Below are positions 57,391 to 64,000 of a DNA stretch of 64,000 bases, piece after piece; within the stretch, counting starts at the first letter, position 1, and each line of letters starts with the position of its first letter. Source of the stretch: Nitrospira sp. (GTDB taxonomy: Bacteria; Nitrospirota; Nitrospiria; Nitrospirales; Nitrospiraceae); the NCBI GenBank assembly GCA_047150005.1, contig AP038806.1, positions 3,808,001-3,872,000 of the forward strand, read 5' to 3'. The notes beneath the pieces were generated by a model. The model was not told the DNA's origin. It did not search any database and worked only from the letters and a program-made list of their open reading frames with translations. The translations under genes were made by a program, and so were the position numbers.

Positions 57391-57427
57391 CATGTTCCAA
57401 GTGCGACTCGCACGAAACGAGGTCTCG

Positions 57428-57757
57428 ATGCGACTCATCTTGCTGATCGTGACGCTCTGGCTGCTGTCAAATGGATCCGTCTGGGCCAATCCCACCCATG
57501 ACCGGCTGCAGCAGATGTCCGATCAGGACCGCAATGGCTACTTCACGAAGGTTCTGCAGGAGGCGGGAGAGCGCTGCGACGAGGCGACAAGGACGGCCTT
57601 TCAGCGCAGAGGCAATTCCGGAGATGCCGTCTGGAATGTTGCCTGCCGCAACAAGAAATCGTACTCGATCGTCATTCACGGCGACGCGAAGGGATCGACG
57701 ATGATCACCGACTGCGCCACGCTCAAAGCCCTACACGTCGAACGGTGCTTCAAATAG
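57428..57757 (+). CDS. Hypothetical exported protein (4 Cys)
   Basis: GAGG RBS; signal peptide ending VWA. Confidence 0.75.
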   Translation: MRLILLIVTLWLLSNGSVWANPTHDRLQQMSDQDRNGYFTKVLQEAGERCDEATRTAFQRRGNSGDAVWNVACRNKKSYSIVIHGDAKGSTMITDCATLKALHVERCFK

Positions 57758-57945
57758 CAGGCTGTTGACAAGTCCTCCAGCGACCGGCAACCGGGGACAG
57801 TCGCCGATCGGAAGGGCGACAGTCCCCTCGCTTAGGTCTCGGTGAATACGGTTCCGCGACCGCCGATCGCACAGCATCCCTACAAAAGTAGCCATAGATC
57901 CTCGCACCATGTTTAGGCATGATGGGGGGAGGGGATACGTCCGTC

Positions 57946-58701
57946 ATGCAACAACTGTATCGTCCATTGATCAGCCTGCTCGCGCTCGTGAGCCTCTTGA
58001 TCCTCCACGGCTGCGGAGAACCGGAGCAGCCGACCACGCCGCAAACCAGTTCCGCCGAGGGATTTTGGACGGGGAATACCAACACCGGTCGTACCTTGAC
58101 CGGCGTGGTCCTCGACGACGGAACCTACTATTTTTTCTACTCAGCCGCGGCCGCTCCTGCCCAAATCGCCGGAGTCATTCAAGGCACCGGCACATCCAGC
58201 GACGGCACCTTCACCTCCGGCAACGCGAAGGACTTCCGCATCGGGGCAAGCGCGCTGGACGCGACCATCACAGGCACATACGGAAACCGCAGCTTCCTGA
58301 ACGCCACGATCACCTATACGGGAGGCGCGGTCGTGACGTTCACGAGCAGCTTCAACACAGCGTACAACAGCAATCCGACCCTCGCCGCCGTATCCGGGTT
58401 CTACACGGGACAGGCCGGAAGCTCGGGCGGCGTACAAACGGGCAACATCAACGTCACCGCCAACGGCGCCTTCGCCGGAGCCGAAACGAACGGCTGCGCC
58501 TTCACCGGCACCGCCACACCGAGGATTCGCGGCAACGCCTTCAATCAAACGACGACATTTGGAGCCTTGCCCTGTTTCTTCGCGGGCTCGACTTTTCAAG
58601 GCATCGCGCTGTTCGATCTCGGAACACTCCGTCTGATGTCCGCCGCTCCTAACGGAACCAGAACGGATGCCGCGATTTTTTCCGGCCTGAGAACCTTCTG
58701 A
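57946..58701 (+). CDS. Hypothetical Thr/Gly-rich lipoprotein
   Basis: LHGC lipobox; beta-rich body. Confidence 0.78.
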   Translation: MQQLYRPLISLLALVSLLILHGCGEPEQPTTPQTSSAEGFWTGNTNTGRTLTGVVLDDGTYYFFYSAAAAPAQIAGVIQGTGTSSDGTFTSGNAKDFRIGASALDATITGTYGNRSFLNATITYTGGAVVTFTSSFNTAYNSNPTLAAVSGFYTGQAGSSGGVQTGNINVTANGAFAGAETNGCAFTGTATPRIRGNAFNQTTTFGALPCFFAGSTFQGIALFDLGTLRLMSAAPNGTRTDAAIFSGLRTF

Positions 58702-58898
58702 CAGAATCGGCACCGATACAGCCTCACGGTCCGCTCATGCGAATCGCAAAACAATTGCCACCCCGACGGTTGCTGCTAAATGTTCAGGAAAGTCCGACGG
58801 TACGACTGAGAGCTGTCAACAACGACTCCCGGTGCCTTCCCTTCCGCACCCTCATCCATTAAGATACCGTTACATTTATTGGGTCGGATCCCTTCCTG

Positions 58899-60260
58899 AT
58901 GAAAGCCAAAACCCTGTTCTCCTGTCAGGCCTGTGGCCACCAGTCGCCTCGATGGATGGGCCGCTGTCCTGATTGCGGCGGCTGGAACACCATGAAAGAG
59001 GAGCGGCAGGCCTCGACCGGCAAGGGCAGGCCGGCCGCGGTGATCGCGGCGCCGACCCGGGCGACCCCGATCGCCGAGATCGAGGTGGTCGGCGAGAACC
59101 GGCGGCTGACCCGGATCGGCGAGTTTGATCGGGTGCTGGGCGGCGGCGTGATTCCCGGCGCCGTCGTTCTGATCGGCGGCGATCCCGGCATTGGCAAGAC
59201 CACGCTGCTGCTGCAAGCCTTGCCGAGGCTGGCGTCCCAAACCCAGCCGGTGCTGTACGTGTCCGGAGAGGAGTCGCCGCGCCAGATCAAGATGCGCGGA
59301 CAACGGTTGGGCGTGGAACATCCGCATCTGTTGATTCTGGCCGAAACGTCCCTGGAGCAGATATTGAAAGCCGTTCAGGAGATCGGACCGTCGGCGGTGG
59401 TCGTCGATTCGATCCAGACGGTCTACACGGAACAGATGACGTCGGCTCCCGGCAGCATCAGCCAGGTACAGGAAGTCGCCGGCCAACTCATGTGGTTTGC
59501 GAAGCGCGCCGGCGTCCCGGTCTTCATCATCGGGCATGTCACCAAGGACGGAGCGATCGCCGGCCCGCGCCTGCTCGAGCACATTGTCGATACGGTGTTG
59601 TATTTTGAAGGAGACAAAGGGCACAGCTATCGCATTCTCCGCGCCGTGAAGAACCGCTTCGGCTCCACCAATGAAATCGGTGTCTTCGAAATGAAGGACG
59701 CCGGCCTGGAGGAAGTGAGCAATCCGTCGGAGTTGTTCCTGGCCGAACGATCGCAGCGCAGCACCGGATCCGTGGTCGTGTCGAGTCTCGAAGGCAGCAG
59801 GCCCATCCTCGTGGAGTTGCAGGCTCTCGTCACGCCCACGAGTTATCCAATGCCCAAACGGATGACCAACGGCGTCGATCTCAACCGGGTCTCCCTGCTG
59901 CTGGCCGTGATGGACAAGCGGTTGGGCGTCCATCTGTCGGGCCAGGACGTCTACGTCAACGTCGTCGGCGGCATGCACATCGATGAACCCGCTATCGATC
60001 TGGGCATCGTCAGCGCCGTGACGTCGAGTTTGCGAGAAATACCGGTGGAGCCCGGCTTGCTCATCCTCGGTGAAGTGGGACTTGGCGGGGAAGTGAGGGC
60101 GATCAGCCAGGTGGAACTGCGGATCCGAGAGGCGGCCAAGATGGGATTCAAACGGGCGTTGTTGCCGGAACGAAACTTGTCGAAATTGGATGGAGTGGAC
60201 GGCATCGAACTCGTCGGCATCGCCGATGTACGGGAGGCGCTGGATGTCGTCCTGGCGTAA
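58899..60260 (+). CDS. radA: DNA repair protein RadA/Sms
   Basis: C4 Zn finger, GDPGIGKT, KNRFG, Lon-like C-terminus. Confidence 0.97.
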   Translation: MKAKTLFSCQACGHQSPRWMGRCPDCGGWNTMKEERQASTGKGRPAAVIAAPTRATPIAEIEVVGENRRLTRIGEFDRVLGGGVIPGAVVLIGGDPGIGKTTLLLQALPRLASQTQPVLYVSGEESPRQIKMRGQRLGVEHPHLLILAETSLEQILKAVQEIGPSAVVVDSIQTVYTEQMTSAPGSISQVQEVAGQLMWFAKRAGVPVFIIGHVTKDGAIAGPRLLEHIVDTVLYFEGDKGHSYRILRAVKNRFGSTNEIGVFEMKDAGLEEVSNPSELFLAERSQRSTGSVVVSSLEGSRPILVELQALVTPTSYPMPKRMTNGVDLNRVSLLLAVMDKRLGVHLSGQDVYVNVVGGMHIDEPAIDLGIVSAVTSSLREIPVEPGLLILGEVGLGGEVRAISQVELRIREAAKMGFKRALLPERNLSKLDGVDGIELVGIADVREALDVVLA

Positions 60261-60269
60261 GACCCGTCC

Positions 60270-61118
60270 ATGAGCATCGCACGTCCTCGAAGACCCCTCT
60301 CTCATCGCATCGTCTCAGTGCTGCTGCTGACCCTCGCCTCGATGCTCGTTGCCGGATGCGCGCTGTGGGGTGCGAAAGACGCGCCGCCCCTCAGGCAGGC
60401 CACGGTGGAAGAGTTGACCGCGCTGCTACGGCAGCGCGAAGCGGCCCTGCAGAGCTTGAAGGGGCTGTTCAGCGCCAAGGTCCGCGGCGGGATGTTACCG
60501 ATCACGACCCGCATCGAAGGGGCGCTCTACTATGAGCGGCCGAACGCCCTTCGTCTGCGCGGATTCACTCCAATCGGCGGCGAACTCTTCGAGTTTCTGC
60601 AGTCGGATGATCAGTTTACGCTGCGGCTTCCCACGATGGGACGGGTGCTGTCCGGCAACGGCTCCGACACGAGCGAGATGGGAAAATTGGCGCGGCCCTT
60701 CCAACTAAGCGTCTGGGCGATGAGCGGCGTGTTGGGAACCGACGCGGTGGCGCCTTCCGAAACCGTCACCCTGTCCGAGGACGGCGACCGTTACCGGTTG
60801 GACGTCTTCGGCCCGTTGGCCAATGGAGGTAACGGCTTACGGCGCCGGCTGTGGTTCGACCGGCAAAGGCTGTTGGTCGTCAAAGCGGAACGGCTCACGG
60901 ATTCCGGCGGGATCGATGCATCGATTCGCTATGACGATTTCCGTCCCGTGGGAGTAGAAGCCATCGAGGTCAACGCGTCGGCCTCCGCGGAAGACCGGCT
61001 GCTGCGCCCCTTCAAGATCTCGCTCGAGGACGGACGCGGGGAGGGGAGCGTGCAGATCACGTTTCACGAGCTGATTCCCAATCAGCCGCTCAAGCCGGCC
61101 GAGTTGGGCCGAGGATAA
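60270..61118 (+). CDS. Lipoprotein, LolA/LolB-like fold
   Basis: VAGC lipobox; YERPNALRL, LWFDR..L. Confidence 0.6.
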   Translation: MSIARPRRPLSHRIVSVLLLTLASMLVAGCALWGAKDAPPLRQATVEELTALLRQREAALQSLKGLFSAKVRGGMLPITTRIEGALYYERPNALRLRGFTPIGGELFEFLQSDDQFTLRLPTMGRVLSGNGSDTSEMGKLARPFQLSVWAMSGVLGTDAVAPSETVTLSEDGDRYRLDVFGPLANGGNGLRRRLWFDRQRLLVVKAERLTDSGGIDASIRYDDFRPVGVEAIEVNASASAEDRLLRPFKISLEDGRGEGSVQITFHELIPNQPLKPAELGRG

Positions 61119-61145
61119 GATGCACGGAGACGGATCGGTCGACCC

Positions 61146-61898
61146 ATGAAGATCCTGGCAGTGGACACAGCGACCGCGTGGCAGAGCGTGGCACTCTTGG
61201 AGAACGAGGCGGTCCTGGCCCTGGAAGAACAGGAAGCCCGCGGCTCCCATTCGCGACTGCTGCTGCCGGCCATCCGCAGATTGTTTGCACGCGCCGGATT
61301 GTCTCTCACGCGGCTCGACGGTCTCGCCGTCTCCATCGGTCCGGGCTCTTTCACCGGCCTTCGCGTCGGCTTGGCCACGCTGCTCGGGTTCAGGACGATC
61401 AGCGGACTGCCCTTGGCGGCGGTGCCGACCCTCGAAGGCATGGCCTGGAATTTCCGCGGAGCCGACATGGCCCTCTGTCCGATCATCAACAGCAGACGCG
61501 GCGAGGTCTATTGGGCGATGTTTCGTTGGCGAGGCGATCGGCTGGAACGACTCGTCGCCGAACGCACCGGAACGGCGGCCCAACTGGCCGCCTCCTTGCG
61601 CGAACGGACGATGCTGTATGGGGAAGGGTGGGCCACCGAAGGCGCGGCCATCCGCACAGCCTGTGCCGACAAGATCCGCACTCTGATTGAGACTCCTGAC
61701 CGGAACGTGACCCCCTCGGCCGTTTCCGTGGGTCTCGCCGGGCTCGACAAGCTGCGCCGGGGTGAACTGGCTGGTCTCGGCGTCAGTCCGCTCTATGTGC
61801 AACGGCCGGAGGCCGAAGTGAAATATGACGAATCGGGAGGGCTGTCTCCGCTGGCTCGGCGCCGGGCCAAACTGGCTCGTAAACTGGCGCCACGATAA
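61146..61898 (+). CDS. tsaB: tRNA t6A biosynthesis protein TsaB
   Basis: ILAVDTAT, HS..LLP, GPGSFTGLRVG, RRGEVY, PLY. Confidence 0.95.
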   Translation: MKILAVDTATAWQSVALLENEAVLALEEQEARGSHSRLLLPAIRRLFARAGLSLTRLDGLAVSIGPGSFTGLRVGLATLLGFRTISGLPLAAVPTLEGMAWNFRGADMALCPIINSRRGEVYWAMFRWRGDRLERLVAERTGTAAQLAASLRERTMLYGEGWATEGAAIRTACADKIRTLIETPDRNVTPSAVSVGLAGLDKLRRGELAGLGVSPLYVQRPEAEVKYDESGGLSPLARRRAKLARKLAPR

Positions 61899-61926
61899 TG
61901 AAACCACCGCGAAGACAACGACGCAC

Positions 61927-62496
61927 ATGACGGTTTCTACAAGCGAAATTCTGCCGGCCACACATGCCGACCTTCCTGACATCTTGGCGATCGAAGAAGC
62001 TTGCTTCTCGGCCCCCTGGACGCGCACAATGATGGAAGCAGAAATGAGCGGCAACCCTTTCGCTCATTTTCTCGTCGCCCGGCGGGCGACCGCCGAAGGA
62101 GGAGTCCCGTCAGCCATTGTCGGGTATGTGTGTTTTTGGATCGTCTTTGAGGAAGTCCGGTTGATGAACCTCGCGGTCACTGAATCGATGCGGCGTCAGG
62201 GGATCGCCACCTCCCTGGTCACTGCAGCCCTTCAAGCCGGTGCACTCCAGTCAGCCGTGCGGGCGGTGCTCGAAGTTCGTGCGTCGAACGGCGCGGCGCA
62301 AACCCTCTATCAGAATCTGGGATTTCGACAGACCGGCCTCAGGCCGAGCTACTATTCGGCGCCGCCCGAAGATGCGGTGCTGATGGAGTTGGACCCCATT
62401 GCATCGGATGCGATGGTGCGCTCCCATGCGGGGGATCATACGGGAGGTCAACCATCCCCGGAGCAGCCACTCAAACCAGGAGGTGCGACATGCTGA
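61927..62496 (+). CDS. rimI: Ribosomal protein S18 alanine N-acetyltransferase
   Basis: NLAV..RRQGIA, LEVRASN, RPSYY..P.EDA; follows tsaB. Confidence 0.92.
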   Translation: MTVSTSEILPATHADLPDILAIEEACFSAPWTRTMMEAEMSGNPFAHFLVARRATAEGGVPSAIVGYVCFWIVFEEVRLMNLAVTESMRRQGIATSLVTAALQAGALQSAVRAVLEVRASNGAAQTLYQNLGFRQTGLRPSYYSAPPEDAVLMELDPIASDAMVRSHAGDHTGGQPSPEQPLKPGGATC

Positions 62497-62732
62497 CGGA
62501 CAATGTGATCATGGAACGGCTCCGCCAATCCAACACAGCATTCCGTGAACTGGAGGAGTCCCACCACCGCCTCGACCTGGAACTCAACGATTTGCAGAAA
62601 CGCCACGTCCTGACTCCGGCCGAGGAGTTATCCAAGAAGCAGCTGCAAAAGGAAAAGCTCGCGAAGAAAGACAAGATGGCCGAGATGATCCGCATGTATC
62701 GCGATCACGGTCTGCAGGCGACCGCACACTAG
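62490..62732 (+). CDS. DUF465/YdcH family coiled-coil protein
   Basis: F..L...H..LD...KEKL..KD. Confidence 0.8.
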   Translation: MLTDNVIMERLRQSNTAFRELEESHHRLDLELNDLQKRHVLTPAEELSKKQLQKEKLAKKDKMAEMIRMYRDHGLQATAH

Positions 62733-62784
62733 CCGAGGCACGTGAGCGTCCGACGGACCGATCACAGCGGCAGAGTCCATACCT

Positions 62785-63555
62785 ATGGCCCCAAGCATCC
62801 ATCCGCTGGCCGCCCACATTCAGACCGTCAAGAAGCGTCTGCTCATCATCGGCGCCACGATCCTGGTGGCGCTCGCTGTCGCCTTCACGTTCTCCGCGGA
62901 GATGGTCGCCTGGTTGAATCGTCCCTTTCCCAACCAGTTGGTGTTTTACGGGCCGACGGAAGCGCTGTTCGCCTCGATCAAGGTATCGTTCCTGGCGGCC
63001 GTGCTCGCCAGCCTCCCGGTCGTCTTTTACCAGTTTTGGAAATTCGTCGAACCAGCGCTGCTCCCGCAGGAGCAGCGCTGGGGCATTCCGATTTTCCTCC
63101 TCGCCGGTGCGCTCTTTGCGCTCGGCCTGGTCTTCTGTAACCTGGTCATCCTGCCGCTGGTCATCGATTTCTTCGTCAGCTTCGGAATGGACCGCGACAT
63201 CACGCCTCAGCTGAGCGTGGGCACCTATATCGACTTCAACGTCAAGTTCCTCCTCACTTTCGGCTGCGCCTTCGAGTTACCGCTGATCCTGACGATCCTG
63301 GCGCGGGTCGGCGTCGTGTCGGCGCAGGTCTTGGCGGCCTACCGCAAGCATGCCATTCTGGGCTCATTGATCATCTCCGCCGTCGTCACTCCCGACGCGA
63401 CCCTGTTTACCATGCTGCTCATGGCGGTGCCGCTCATGATACTCTATGAAGTCGGCATCATTGGTGCGAAGCTCTTTGGGCGTGCGCCGACGGATATGAG
63501 CCTGCCGCTTGATCCGGATATTCCCGTCGGAACAGCAGGGCATCGCGTTCGCTAG
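62785..63555 (+). CDS. tatC: Twin-arginine translocase subunit TatC
   Basis: YQFWKFVEPAL, FG.AFELP, SAVVTPD, LYEVG. Confidence 0.95.
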   Translation: MAPSIHPLAAHIQTVKKRLLIIGATILVALAVAFTFSAEMVAWLNRPFPNQLVFYGPTEALFASIKVSFLAAVLASLPVVFYQFWKFVEPALLPQEQRWGIPIFLLAGALFALGLVFCNLVILPLVIDFFVSFGMDRDITPQLSVGTYIDFNVKFLLTFGCAFELPLILTILARVGVVSAQVLAAYRKHAILGSLIISAVVTPDATLFTMLLMAVPLMILYEVGIIGAKLFGRAPTDMSLPLDPDIPVGTAGHRVR

Positions 63556-63568
63556 TACAGGTAGCACC

Positions 63569-64000
63569 ATGAAATCCACTGCGTGTGGTCCCTTGCGATT
63601 TCTCTGGCTCGCCGCGCTGGTAGGGTTGGCCCTCCCGGCGACGGCGCAACAGGGATCGCAACCAGGCGGTTCGCACCAACCACTCCCAGACCAGCAAGCG
63701 GCCAGCATTCAGGCGCTCACGGCAACCGGGGATCAGTCGCTCTATGCCGGGTCGTTTGGGCTCGGACTATTCCGCAGCGACGATCGCGGCGCGACCTGGA
63801 CCAAATCGGGGAAAGGCATCAGCGACCCGTTCATCCTCTCTCTGGCGACCTCGAAAGACGGGACGGTCTACGCCGGCACCTTTCGCGGCGGGGTATTCCG
63901 AACACGGGATCACGGGAAAACCTGGCAATCCGTCAACGACGGGCTTAAGCGACATGAGATCAAGGCCCTGCTGCCGGTCGGGGACGTGCTGTACGCGGGA
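63569..64000 (+). CDS. Exported BNR/Asp-box beta-propeller protein (runs off the window)
   Basis: Own translation: signal peptide, LFRSDDRGATW, VFRTRDHGKTW. Confidence 0.85.
   Translation, partial: MKSTACGPLRFLWLAALVGLALPATAQQGSQPGGSHQPLPDQQAASIQALTATGDQSLYAGSFGLGLFRSDDRGATWTKSGKGISDPFILSLATSKDGTVYAGTFRGGVFRTRDHGKTWQSVNDGLKRHEIKALLPVGDVLYAG

Noticed and set aside
57899..57916. Possible attR copy of the tRNA 3' end (cgcacca; also ccgcacc near 58845)
   Set aside because: Only about 7 bp match and no integrase nearby
58776..60305. 509-aa minus-strand ORF, and similar long antisense ORFs over rhlE, cti, DUF445, top6B, addAB and lgt
   Set aside because: Shadow ORFs expected from high-GC codon bias; no motifs
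1..64000. CRISPR array, prophage, retron/DGR or known defence system
   Set aside because: No repeat-spacer array, reverse transcriptase, integrase or phage structural genes seen; the helicase-nuclease pair fits housekeeping AddAB

Overview
GC-rich bacterial chromosomal window with about 65 CDS. The gene families suggest Nitrospira (Nitrospirota), but that is an inference and no marker gene is present to confirm it. The left and middle parts are accessory, stress and envelope genes: two P-II-like proteins, a DEAD-box helicase, a cNMP histidine kinase / REC-thioredoxin reductase / DsbA / DedA-rhodanese operon, a stand-alone ClpX, a CGNR regulator with MOSC and hydrolase genes, an OPT transporter, Cti and NnrS. 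The right part is more core: a 6S-like RNA, archaeal-type topoisomerase VI (top6B-top6A), small redox proteins, an AddAB-type helicase-nuclease, lgt, an IS30 element, tRNA-Leu(TAA), radA, tsaB, rimI and tatC. No CRISPR array, prophage, retron or rRNA was seen. The best leads are: (1) three membrane proteins that all end in a ClpX-degron-like R-x-A-A tail, convergent on a ClpX with no neighbouring clpP and an extra CxxC; (2) a Topo VI B subunit with a beta-clamp-like motif (QMPLF) on a disordered tail; (3) an IS30 inserted into a REP-like palindrome that supplies the transposase stop codon; (4) a 6S-like RNA and a second unexplained long hairpin; (5) a redox two-component operon whose dithiol motifs are degenerate. 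All family calls come from motif recognition by eye; no searches were run.
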